Positions 19,001-28,900 of a stretch of 36,528 bases of DNA are shown here, one piece after another. Source of the DNA: a virus (lineage: Duplodnaviria > Caudoviricetes); IMG/VR virus record IMGVR_UViG_3300020341_000004, positions 1-36,528 of that record; one strand, given 5' to 3'. Under the pieces are notes generated by a model, which saw only the letters and a list, made by a program, of their open reading frames with translations, was not told the DNA's origin and made no database searches. The position numbers and the translations under genes are program-made. Each line of letters begins with the position of its first letter. The first letter of the stretch is position 1.

Positions 19001-22000
19001 TATCCACTGGAACAGGTGGTGCTGGAGCAATCACTTTTGCTGCACAACTTCCATTTGGTACACAGAGATTTGTTTCGTTCAGTGAAAGTAATTTCATTGT
19101 TACTGTACTAGATCCTGGTGATGCTCCTGACATCGTTGAAGGTGATGTTGTATTCATTACATCAGATCAAGTATCAATTAAGTCTTCATCTGATGCTGCT
19201 AGTGGTTTAACTTCTGGTAGTGTTAAGTTAAACTTACCAGCAACATATTTTGGAACCATCCCAGGTGGGGGTGCGTATCCTACATTAAAACTAACCGCTA
19301 CATTAGAAGTAACTAAAGCAAAACCAAGACTAAAAACTGCTGTAGTTAATAAGAGAATTGTTATTGATTCACCTGGAGACAAGGTAATTCCTTTCCGTGG
19401 TAGTGATTACGATTCCGAAAGTCTTACCGTATACAGTTATGCTGATGCATATAAATTGAGATACGTTTATGAAGGTTCTTCATCCGAACCTCCAGTTGTA
19501 GACAGAAATGGTAATCTTGTTAGTGGCACAGATATCACTTCTAGATTTACATTTGATGATGGTCAAAGAGACACAGTATATGATCTCTCTCGTATAGTTT
19601 TAAAACCAGGATTTGAGTCTCCTACTGGTCAACTAGTAATTGCATTTGATTACTTTGAGCACACCAAAGGAGATTTCTGCACAGTTGATTCGTATCTACA
19701 TGAAGCAGGTGTAGGACCAGAAGAAATCCCATCATTCAACTCACCAACATTAGGTAAGATTTCACTGAAGGATGTTCTTGATTACAGACCAAAAGTAGAT
19801 AACGATTCTATTATTTCTGGTTTCCAAGATAATGCTCTGCTTTCTGCACCAAATACCAGATCATTTACAGGAACAGGTGGTGTTATTACCAGCATTCCTG
19901 CTCCTGATGTAAACCTAGAATATACGTTCTCATTCACTCAGAAACAATATCTTGATAGAATTGACGCTCTATTCTTAGACAAGAAAGGTCAGTTTATCAT
20001 TAAAGAAGGAAACTCTTCCTTAAATCCAACAAAACCAGATTTGATTAGTGATGCAGTACCTTTGTACTACATGTATGTTCCTGCATTTACTCAAAGCAGT
20101 AAAGATGTAAGAATTACTCCTGTTGATAATCGTCGCTACACAATGCGCGATATCGGTAAACTAGAGAAGCGTATTGAGCGTCTTGAGTATTACACTTTAC
20201 TTAGTGTCCTAGAGCAACAGGCACTAAACATGCAGGTAATTGATGCTTCTGGAGTCAATAGATTTAAGAGTGGTTTCATTGTAGACAATTTTGAGACACA
20301 TAAGATTGGATCATTAAGTTCTTTAGATTACAAGTGTTCTATTGATACTCAACAATCGGTAATGAGACCTCAATCTAAAGAGGATTCATTTGAACTGATT
20401 GAAGTAAACCAAAGAGATGATCAAAGATCTATCTCAGGATACACTAGAAATAATGATCGTATTACTTTACCATTTACGGAGTTAGAATTATTAGGAAACT
20501 CTTTCGCTACTAAAGAAATCAATCCAAATCCATTTGTAGTCCTTCAATATGTTGGCGATGCATTCGTTGGTCCAAATGCTGATTCTTGGTATGATTCAAG
20601 TGTAGCACCTCTTGTAAATGATAACAATACAAATCTATATTCTATCTTCCTTGCTAAGAATGAGTTGAAAGATGCATTCTCAAGTATCTACAATTCATAT
20701 AAAGTAAATTGGATGGGAGCAAATAGATCATTCTTTAACATTGGATCTTTTGCAGACGTTAATAGTAACATCTCAGATTCAACAGTTCAACATGCATCTG
20801 TTTCTAGTTCTTCAAATATTAGTCCAGAAAACAATGAAATTGGAAAGGGAATTTCAACCAAAGGAGTTGGTTCTAATGTAGTTTCAACTTCATTGTCCTT
20901 CTTTGCTAGAAGTATTCCTGTTAGATATAACATTAGCAGACTAAAACCAAATACGAATATCTCTGTATTCATGGAAGGAAGAGATATTAGTAGATGGGTA
21001 AATCCTGATTTTAGATATACAGGAATTGCAGGTAATTCTCTATCGGCGTTTAATGGTCAAGTCAAGACTGATGAAAATGGAAACGCTAGTGGTATTATTT
21101 TAGTACCAGCAGGAAAACCACCTAGAGAAAACGCTGTATGGTCTGGTAGTGTTGATACTGTTGTATATGATACAGATGCTGATGAAATGAGATTCACTAC
21201 TGGAGTAAAGACTATTAGATTTACTTCTAGTTCTACAGATGCTCCTAAAGAAGAAGTTGATTCTTATGCAGAAGTCAAGTTCTATGCAACTGGATTGCTT
21301 CCTGAAAATCCATCATCTATTGTATCAACAACACCTGCATTCTTCAAGTCCAATGAGGGTATCCAGATTGCAGACAGCAATACTGAAAATCCAATCAAAC
21401 CAAATCCACTTGCACAGACATTCAAGGTTGAAGGATTTGAGGGTGGTGTATTTACCACCAGTGTAGATCTCTTCTTCTCCAAGAAGAGTGATAAGATTCC
21501 TCTAAGAGTATATCTAACCGATGTTCAAAGCGGTAAACCAGGAAAGAATATTTTACCAGGAACTCAAAAAGTTCTAAGTCCAGAAACTTATTTGAGAGTT
21601 ATTGGTAGTGATACTTTAACAGTTACCCGTGACGAAGTAGTTGTTGGTTCATCTTCTGGTGCATCAGGTCCAATTCTAAAAGTAATTGATAAGAATGGAA
21701 TTGATGTTACACCATCTACTCTCGGTGTATTCACACTAACTAACGATCAGGTTTATACTTTAGTTCTTAGCAACCATAATGGTACTTCATTCCAGCAAGA
21801 TGAAAATCTTGACATTCCTTCTCTGGTAGAAAGTAACAATAAAAATAATACTACATCTACATTAAAAATTACCAAGGACTCTGGACGAGTTACTGACTTG
21901 AGAGTTTCAAATACTGGATCTGATTATGATTCGGCAATTTTGACAATTGAAAGTCCACAACTCCCAGGTGGTGGTAATGCCACTGCTACAGTAAGAGTTT

Positions 22001-24171
22001 CTGGTGGTAAAGTTTATCATACAGAAATTGTTCTTTCTGGATCTGAATACACAGAACCACCTGCAGTGGTTATCAATGGAACTGGAACGGGTAATGCTGG
22101 TGCAGAAATTGAGTCTTTCATTACTATTGATACTCCAGCGGTTCGTATGGGTATTGCTACTGATACTGACGGCGTAACTGCTAGCACGGTCCCAACAAAC
22201 TTTGAGTTTGATTACCCAGTATATCTTGAGAATGATGAGGAGTATGCATTGGTAGTTGAGACAGATTCTATTGATTATCTAATCTGGGCATCTAAACTTG
22301 GAGAAGTTGAGATTGCTACTAGCACTACAGTGACTACACAACCAGCACTAGGATCTCTATTTAAGTCTCAAAATACTAATAACTGGACTGAAGATTTATT
22401 TGAAGATGTTAAGTTCAAACTAAATCGTGCTGAGTTTGATACTAGCAGAACCGCATCTCTATTACTAACAAATTCCAACCTTGGATACGAAAGATTAGAT
22501 GCTCGTGGTATTGAAACTAATGCAGAATCAAATACTTCAGCAACTTCATCACTGTTTAAGAATAATAACTTTGTAGTCAAGGTAAACCATTCTGATAATG
22601 GGTTTGACTCTGATAACAAGTCATACGTATTCTTTAAGAACTGCAGTGACGTTGGAGGATTATCAGCATCACAATTTAATAGTGGATTGTTCCAAGTTAG
22701 AAATACTGGTGTTGATTATTATAATATTGTTTCAAGCAGCAGAGCATCATCTAATGCTTTTGGTGGTGGCGATGCTTTACTTGCTTCTTATAATAGAAAA
22801 TTTGAAAAGGTTCATGCAACAGTTCCATATCTCTCCTTTGCAAATACTACAGTTACAAGTTTCGTAAAAACTACCAACGTATCACCTATTGATGATAACG
22901 TCAAGACATTTACATCATATTCTCAGAGTGAGTATGAGAAGACTTTCTTGAATGAAGATGTATTCTTTATCAATCAAAAGTTACTTGCATCTAGAGTAAA
23001 TGAAACTATTAATAACATTGATAGATCTCTGACTTATAAGATTGATCTTCAAAGTTCAGTTTCATACCTATCTCCACTCATTGACCTTTCCCGTTCAACT
23101 ATTAAGACAATCTCTAATAAAGTTGAGAATGCAAAAGGTTCTGAAGATAGATTTGGTAAGAGAAATCAAATTCTAGAATTCTTCCCAGTTTATGAATTTG
23201 TAGTCAATGGTATTGATACAAATACAGAAGTTCTTCAGGCAAATCAAACAGTTACTGGAGTTACAACAAATTCTTCAGGTGAAATTGTTAAGGTCAGCGG
23301 TACTACCGCATACGTAAAAGTAAAAACCACAAACACGTTTACTCCTGGGGAAGAGTTAAGTTTCTCTGGTCAAACATTTACAGGAACAACAACGGTAGGT
23401 CTTTCTGGACTTTCTCAGGTGATCTTCCAAATTCCAAATACACTAGTTCCTCCAACTTACGTTACTGCAAGAAACCCATCCGTTCCTGCAGAAATCTATT
23501 CTAATAAGATCAACGGTAAGATTGTTCTCTGGAATCAGAAGTCTAGTCAACTAACACTAGTCAGTGACAAGCAACCAATTTCTGATGACTATACGAGTGC
23601 AATCGTTGAAGGAGCACAATTCACGAGAAATGCTAGTACAGATTCTCAAGATGATGATATCTTTAGGATTGGTGATCTTCTTTCTTACGAAGGTCAACCA
23701 GGCGATGAGCAAGAGTTCATTGAAGTTTCTAAAGTCATGTACTCTAACGGTGTAGACTTTATTGAAGATACTCAGTCTAAGAATAGTTCAAGTATTGCAA
23801 AGTATGTAACAAAAGAAATTACTATTGAAAATCCAGCAACTGGAATTGATGTTAAAACAACTGTAAATGTTTCCGACATTGGTAATCTCCAACTTCTTTA
23901 TAAGATCAAGAAGTCTTCTTCACAAGAAAACTTTGAAGATATTGAGTGGGTATACTTCAATGAATCTGGAAATCCTGATGTAGATGTAATTGCAACATCT
24001 GAAAATTCTATTAGTGGTATTTCCGAGAAACAATCTTCATATCAAGAACTATCATATAGTATTGATAATTTACCAGAGTTCTCATCCTTCGCTATTAAGA
24101 TTGTAATGAGGTCCAGTAATCCTGCATTTGTTCCTAAAGTACAGGATCTAAGAGTGGTCGCATCGTACTAA
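16054..24171 (+). CDS. Large virion structural protein, VrlC-like / DUF4815
   Basis: MPQKTNLNVAPFYDDFD...VLFRPG..QARELTQLQSILQNQ, APGAHRL, RRTYDESGDY, NRRYTMRDIGKLEKRIERLEYYT and PLAQTF motifs; position after gp8. Confidence 0.9.
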   Translation: MPQKTNLNVAPFYDDFDQDKNFYKVLFRPGYSIQARELTQLQSILQNQIEQFGKYAFKQGELVIPGEVGLNTKLNFVKLSSVSEIPVNQDGQIVYKKYDVSGLKGLQLRGLTSGVVASVVEAYEASEVASDVIYVNYTNSGDAGNEDTFRQGETLEVVDGVNTPLLVVGTDGSVLPTSISVTNPDTNEVTSLESPAMGYASAVKVEEGIYFVNGYFVRNSAQLLVIDKYYDKPSAKIGFKITESVLTPEEENSLYDNAIGSSNYTAPGAHRLQIVLNLVKYSLGEITDKNFIQLLSVRSGAVQSIVTQTDYNLLENTLARRTYDESGDYVVDNFSLDIREYFQQNGNLGVYGQDAFGLVNGLELQEAKEKLVASIGPGKAYIKGYEIVNKETKYLTINKARETLEREDIRLKTKGLPTYKVTNTFGSIPLNAEGSELTAYPNVFLCSNFNDGSIGLNNTEGTNDSKQTLNRRGQFFDVNSGIKTIYLNIDTYHANTYSTLTDANFESTLGTLWFVQTRTDVGEPSVVNTVKSLAYSKVNRIEVNSSTGVTFLELTITARKDILDTYFLEYDTSSGSKYREIYLSQNDAINGNNPLGTIVDYNETITPVIGLAKPSNFTLLERGNGFNEDSDSVISKGRLPNGDFVYNTTFGLSYFDPQFFTKISLDEEIVADGRFASGKYVYGLESGAYGVVEGPSDGKFTTNKTLMVKTLFGNFKSGETIRDEDNFSVRVARDNTISHFIVNNRGGNYVEGSKLRIDGVEFDGSKVNLNLASGAIVAATVVNRDLFKAEYSRPPIIDVIQGTGGGTPSAAVITPVLVRNSIVTYTPQNVKSFFCQYGSGNANTFTSDVEVSKERFAESVSITDFTFSGSQGRKYIECNGFGGDATKFVQQGDLIQFSDSTDTIIRALVQYSTQPEGVLKSRIYLDRSLPEDVSNSSVVRVRPSITNFNQGTLLYKTGSSQVSSIVADSEDSKIGYYLRRDFVSTGTGGAGAITFAAQLPFGTQRFVSFSESNFIVTVLDPGDAPDIVEGDVVFITSDQVSIKSSSDAASGLTSGSVKLNLPATYFGTIPGGGAYPTLKLTATLEVTKAKPRLKTAVVNKRIVIDSPGDKVIPFRGSDYDSESLTVYSYADAYKLRYVYEGSSSEPPVVDRNGNLVSGTDITSRFTFDDGQRDTVYDLSRIVLKPGFESPTGQLVIAFDYFEHTKGDFCTVDSYLHEAGVGPEEIPSFNSPTLGKISLKDVLDYRPKVDNDSIISGFQDNALLSAPNTRSFTGTGGVITSIPAPDVNLEYTFSFTQKQYLDRIDALFLDKKGQFIIKEGNSSLNPTKPDLISDAVPLYYMYVPAFTQSSKDVRITPVDNRRYTMRDIGKLEKRIERLEYYTLLSVLEQQALNMQVIDASGVNRFKSGFIVDNFETHKIGSLSSLDYKCSIDTQQSVMRPQSKEDSFELIEVNQRDDQRSISGYTRNNDRITLPFTELELLGNSFATKEINPNPFVVLQYVGDAFVGPNADSWYDSSVAPLVNDNNTNLYSIFLAKNELKDAFSSIYNSYKVNWMGANRSFFNIGSFADVNSNISDSTVQHASVSSSSNISPENNEIGKGISTKGVGSNVVSTSLSFFARSIPVRYNISRLKPNTNISVFMEGRDISRWVNPDFRYTGIAGNSLSAFNGQVKTDENGNASGIILVPAGKPPRENAVWSGSVDTVVYDTDADEMRFTTGVKTIRFTSSSTDAPKEEVDSYAEVKFYATGLLPENPSSIVSTTPAFFKSNEGIQIADSNTENPIKPNPLAQTFKVEGFEGGVFTTSVDLFFSKKSDKIPLRVYLTDVQSGKPGKNILPGTQKVLSPETYLRVIGSDTLTVTRDEVVVGSSSGASGPILKVIDKNGIDVTPSTLGVFTLTNDQVYTLVLSNHNGTSFQQDENLDIPSLVESNNKNNTTSTLKITKDSGRVTDLRVSNTGSDYDSAILTIESPQLPGGGNATATVRVSGGKVYHTEIVLSGSEYTEPPAVVINGTGTGNAGAEIESFITIDTPAVRMGIATDTDGVTASTVPTNFEFDYPVYLENDEEYALVVETDSIDYLIWASKLGEVEIATSTTVTTQPALGSLFKSQNTNNWTEDLFEDVKFKLNRAEFDTSRTASLLLTNSNLGYERLDARGIETNAESNTSATSSLFKNNNFVVKVNHSDNGFDSDNKSYVFFKNCSDVGGLSASQFNSGLFQVRNTGVDYYNIVSSSRASSNAFGGGDALLASYNRKFEKVHATVPYLSFANTTVTSFVKTTNVSPIDDNVKTFTSYSQSEYEKTFLNEDVFFINQKLLASRVNETINNIDRSLTYKIDLQSSVSYLSPLIDLSRSTIKTISNKVENAKGSEDRFGKRNQILEFFPVYEFVVNGIDTNTEVLQANQTVTGVTTNSSGEIVKVSGTTAYVKVKTTNTFTPGEELSFSGQTFTGTTTVGLSGLSQVIFQIPNTLVPPTYVTARNPSVPAEIYSNKINGKIVLWNQKSSQLTLVSDKQPISDDYTSAIVEGAQFTRNASTDSQDDDIFRIGDLLSYEGQPGDEQEFIEVSKVMYSNGVDFIEDTQSKNSSSIAKYVTKEITIENPATGIDVKTTVNVSDIGNLQLLYKIKKSSSQENFEDIEWVYFNESGNPDVDVIATSENSISGISEKQSSYQELSYSIDNLPEFSSFAIKIVMRSSNPAFVPKVQDLRVVASY

Positions 24172-24185
24172 GGGGGTAACGAATA

Positions 24186-25757
24186 ATGGTATTAAGAAAC
24201 GTAGCAACAAACTACACGTTTGAACAACAGCGTCAAGAAATCAATCTCCTTGCAGATGATGTTAACGCTATTGACGGTGAAATCACCACTCTTCAGTCAA
24301 ATGTATCTTCCTTACAATCTTTACAGGGAACTGAAACGACTGACTCACCTACATTTAACAACCTTACGTTAACTGGGTATATTGCTGGACCAGCGTCAAT
24401 GACAATTGACCCTGCAGCAGTTGGTGACAATACAGGTACTCTTGTAATTGCTGGTAACCTCCAAGTTGATGGTGTTACTACTACTGTCAATTCCGAAACC
24501 CTAACGGTATCAGATAAAAATATTACTCTAGCTAGTAATGCTACCAGTAATTCAACTGCTAATGGCGCAGGTCTTACAGTTGCTGGTGCCAATGCAACTC
24601 TCAATTACAACGGCACTACAGATGAGTGGGAGTTTAACAAAAATCTTAGACTTAGTGGAAATATATTCTGTACTAATGTAGAACCATCTAATAATATACA
24701 ACTCTTAGATAACAAAAAACTTTTAGTTGGTACTGCTAGTGATTTACAGATTTACCATGATAGTAATGTAGGTGCTAGTTTCATTCATGATAACGGCACA
24801 GGTGATCTAAATCTCTGCATGGAGTCAGGTAGTAAACTTGTTATTCAAAGTGGTACAAGTGGTAATCATCTTGCTGAATTTAATTACGAAGGTGCTGCAG
24901 AACTCTTCCACAATGGAACTCAGAAATTTGCAACTCATTCCAATGGTGTTATAACATCAGGAAGACTTTTTATCAATAGTACCAACGCTGGTTTTGATTA
25001 CAATACTATTGCTGATACTTTTGAGATCCTTACAACCAATGGTAGCGTACATTCAGAATTTACTTCTGGTGCTTTTTATCCTGCTACAGGTAATTCAAAA
25101 GATCTCGGAATCAATATTAAACGTTGGAAAAATGTATATGTTTCTAATGCCATATATTTGAACGATAGAATTATCTGGGGTTCTTATCCATCAAATCAGG
25201 AACCAACTGGTGTGAATGAGGGAGATCAATATTATAACACCACAGATAGCAAAATGAAAATTTATGATGGAAGTAATTGGGTAGATTTTGGTGGTGGTAG
25301 TGGTGGTAGTAGTGTTACTACTCAAATTACAAAAGTATCTTCTCATGATATTTGGTGTGAAGGATCTGGAATGGGTACATCATGTAGTACGACAAATAGA
25401 ACTGGTGTTTCTCACTCAAGTAGCACAACAGTTACTATGTCTTTCCAGTTTAACGGAGCAATTAGTAATATTACAGAATTTAAGATGGGTCTTGCGACTC
25501 CAAATGGTTTTACTATTGAATATGCATTCAACAGTGGTAGTTTCTCCAGCACTGGTCATAGCGGCAGCACTTGTACGGAAGTAGATCTAACTTCAGCCGC
25601 TTCATCTGCTGGTAATATTACAACCTTCAAACTTCGTGGTGGAAGCGGTAGTGGAAATACTCACATTTATATGAGTTACTGGAAGATTAATGGTGTTTAT
25701 CTCTCTGGTAGTTTTGAAGATAATGGGGATCAACTGACATTTACGATACCACAATGA
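24186..25757 (+). CDS. Fibre protein 1 (523 aa)
   Basis: MVLRNVA...EQQRQEIN N-terminus, short coiled coil, DPAAVGDNTGTLVIAGNLQVDG, LQIYHD and YYNTTDSKMKIYDGSNW fibre motifs; Gly linker before a C-terminal beta-rich domain. Confidence 0.82.
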   Translation: MVLRNVATNYTFEQQRQEINLLADDVNAIDGEITTLQSNVSSLQSLQGTETTDSPTFNNLTLTGYIAGPASMTIDPAAVGDNTGTLVIAGNLQVDGVTTTVNSETLTVSDKNITLASNATSNSTANGAGLTVAGANATLNYNGTTDEWEFNKNLRLSGNIFCTNVEPSNNIQLLDNKKLLVGTASDLQIYHDSNVGASFIHDNGTGDLNLCMESGSKLVIQSGTSGNHLAEFNYEGAAELFHNGTQKFATHSNGVITSGRLFINSTNAGFDYNTIADTFEILTTNGSVHSEFTSGAFYPATGNSKDLGINIKRWKNVYVSNAIYLNDRIIWGSYPSNQEPTGVNEGDQYYNTTDSKMKIYDGSNWVDFGGGSGGSSVTTQITKVSSHDIWCEGSGMGTSCSTTNRTGVSHSSSTTVTMSFQFNGAISNITEFKMGLATPNGFTIEYAFNSGSFSSTGHSGSTCTEVDLTSAASSAGNITTFKLRGGSGSGNTHIYMSYWKINGVYLSGSFEDNGDQLTFTIPQ

Positions 25758-25963
25758 AACATATAAAAGTGAAGAACGAAGATCACCTGTATCGCGATTC
25801 TGATACAGGTGCGATCATAAATACTGACAGATCTTCTTTTGAAAAATATAAGAAGTCTAGGAGTAAGTTCCAGAATATGGAACAAGAATTAGACTTTGTG
25901 AAAAATGAGATCAGCGAAATCAAATCTTTACTGCACGAGTTGCTGAAGTCTAATGGTACTTAG
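25754..25963 (+). CDS. Conserved 69-aa protein with C-terminal coiled coil
   Basis: IKVKNEDHLYRDSDTGAIIN motif followed by heptads; overlaps both neighbours (4 nt and 11 nt). Confidence 0.85.
   Translation: MKHIKVKNEDHLYRDSDTGAIINTDRSSFEKYKKSRSKFQNMEQELDFVKNEISEIKSLLHELLKSNGT
25816..25823 (+). promoter_or_regulatory. Possible late promoter (CATAAATA) inside the 69-aa gene
   Basis: NATAAATA about 130 nt upstream of the fibre-2 ATG. Confidence 0.45.
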
Positions 25964-28900
25964 AAACGTAGCGAAAACATTTAGTCTAGAAGAGCAAAGG
26001 CAAGAGATTAATCTCATTGCCCAAGACTTGCATGATCTTGCTACAAATTACGTATCGGTTGAAAGTGATCCGATATTCACCGCATCAGTTGCTGCTGGCA
26101 TTTCTTCCACAGATGTTACAAACTGGAATACTGCATATAGTTGGGGAGACCACGCACAGGCAGGATACCTTACAACAGCATCATTAAGTGGAAATGTTGC
26201 AAATTGGGATGCAGCATATGGTTGGGGAGATCACTCCCAAGCAGGATATCTAACTAGTGAAACTGATCCTGTATTTGCTGCATCTGATGCTGCTGCAGTA
26301 ACTGCTGCTAAAATTTCTAATTGGGATAATGCATACAGTTGGGGTGATCATAGTTTATCGGGATATGCAACACAGACCTTTGTCAACACTGCACTAACTA
26401 ATCTAAACAATTGGGATACTGCATATGGTTGGGGTGATCATAGTGCTGCTGGATATATTACTAATATAAGTTCTTTTAGTATTGGTGATCTTTCTGATGT
26501 AGATGTCACCACATCAACTCCACAAAACCAAGAAACATTATTCTGGTCAGGAACTAATTGGGTTCCTGGTCCCATACCACAAACAGGAATTGAATACGCA
26601 GACCTTTCAGTAGTTGTTGCTTCAACTCCATTTGGAAATGGAAATCTTACATATAATGATAGTTTAGGGGAATTTACATTTACGCCACCAGTAACATTTT
26701 CTGGTTCGTATAATGATCTATCCAACACTCCAAATATTCCGAGTCAGTTAAATGATTTATCTGACGTAATTGTAGCGGGTACTATTAATAATAATGACGT
26801 TATTTCTTGGGATGGTGCTCACTGGACTCCCACACCATTATCAAGTCTTGGCGGAGGAATTGCTCTAACCAACCTATCGGTAACTGTAAACGCTCCTGGT
26901 AGTGCAAATCTTTCTTACAATAATACCACAGGTGTATTCAGTTATACACCACCAGATTTATCAGCATACCTAACTTCAGTTACCATCAATCTTTCTGAAA
27001 TTAGTGATGTTAATATTTCAGGAACTCCTGCTAATAATGCAGTACTTAAGTATAGCACATCTACTAACCAATGGGAATTAGCAGTAGATGATAATGATGC
27101 TGGATTAGCACTAACTGATTTCTCTGTATCTAATAATTCTGCTAGTGGTGGCGGATCCCTTGCATATAATGATAGCAGCGGTGTATTTTCGTTTACTCCT
27201 CCAGTTTTACCAGATCAACTAAACAACTTCACCGATGTTAATATCTCAGGAACACCTGCTAATGGTGATATCTTAAAATATAATGCTAGCACAAGTCAGT
27301 GGGAATTAGGACAAGAATCTACTCCACAAAATAGTGCTGGTGAACCTGTTGGTACTATTGCTGCATGGGCAGGTGGTGTTGCTGACATTCCATCAGGTTG
27401 GTTATTGTGTGATGGTGGTCTAGTTAGTAGAACTACATATGCCGATTTATTTGCTGCGGTCGGAACTTTACATAGTGGAGGAGATGGATCAACATCATTT
27501 GGTCTTCCAGATTTAAGAAATAAATTTATTGTTGGTGCCCACAGTGATCAAGGCAGTGGTCAAGTATTTGATGTAGAGACAGGAGCAGTTACTGGTCACT
27601 ATGCTCCTGGTGATGAAGGTGGCGAAGTTGCTCATAAATTGACCATTGCAGAAATGCCTGAACACTCACACACTGAGGTGGGTTGGTCATTCCAAACTAC
27701 TGCAGCAAGTCCTGGTCCTGGTGGTGCTGGTACTACTTCCAATAACGCATCAGGTCTTTCAGGTGATGATAATTACCACGAAAATAGACCACCATATTTT
27801 GCACTTTGCTGGATTGTTAAAGCTCTTCCAGGTGCTGCTTCAGCCAACACTGGTGGTGGCGGTGGATCTGGTGGTGGTGGTGGAAGTATAGATTTAACTG
27901 CATTCACTGTCAACGTTGCTACTGCAGGAACTGCAAATCTTTCATATAACAATCTTACTGGAGTCTTTACATATACTCCACCCGATCTTTCTGGATACTC
28001 TACATTCTCAGGAAGTTATAATGATCTAACTGACAAACCAAATATCCCACAGTCACTTAATGATTTACTTGATGTTGTAATCAGTGGAACACCAGCAGAT
28101 GGTGCTGTTATTAAGTACAATTCATCTAATAGTAGGTGGGAACTAGGATCTGATACTGGCGGAACTGCAAGTTCTGGTGGAGGAAGTCTTCCTCAAGGAT
28201 CCATTATCATGTGGTCTGGAGATACATCATCTATTCCTACAGGATGGCAACTCTGCGATGGCACTAATGGCACTCCAGATTTAAGAAATCGTTTTATAAT
28301 GGGTGCTGGTGATACGTACCCTGTAGGAAATACGGGTGGTAATGCAGATTCTGTTGTAGTTGAGCATAGTCATACTATCAATGACCACAACCATACTTTT
28401 AGTGGTAGTGGCAGTGACAACGTTGATATTTCAGTTAGTGGAACTACTGGAAATCAAAGTCAAAGTCACAACCATAGTTTTACCACCAGTTCATCTGGTG
28501 ACCACAGACACGATGGAACTGTACCTACACCACTGTATGTCCCTAGTGGTGATACTGATAGAGGTGAGAACCATTCTATTTTTAGTGCCGACAATTCTCA
28601 AACTCAAGTAACTACTTACGCAGGTGACCATAACCACAGTGGAACTACTGGTGGACAAAGCGATAATCATAATCACAGTTTCAGTGGCAGTGGTAGTGAT
28701 ACGGTTAATATCTCAGTTAGCGGAACTACTGGCGTTCAATCTGATTCAGGAACTAGCACCGCAGGATCATCTGGAACTGGTACAAACATACCACCTTATT
28801 ATGCACTATGCTTCATCTACTGTGTAACTCCTGGTGGTGGTACTACTACTGGAGCAACTGACCTTGACGATTTGACAGATGTAGTAATCACATCTCCTAC

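Noticed and set aside
4793-24171. Inteins, introns or homing endonucleases explaining the giant ORFs
   Set aside because: No intein splice-junction, LAGLIDADG or HNH nuclease motifs were recognised, and the length is explained by structural repeats. The HNH tripeptides in fibre 2 are HxH metal boxes, not nucleases.
14268-24186. Absence of T4 gp9-gp12 after gp8
   Set aside because: This is the usual arrangement in cyanomyoviruses, where a VrlC-like gene follows gp8.
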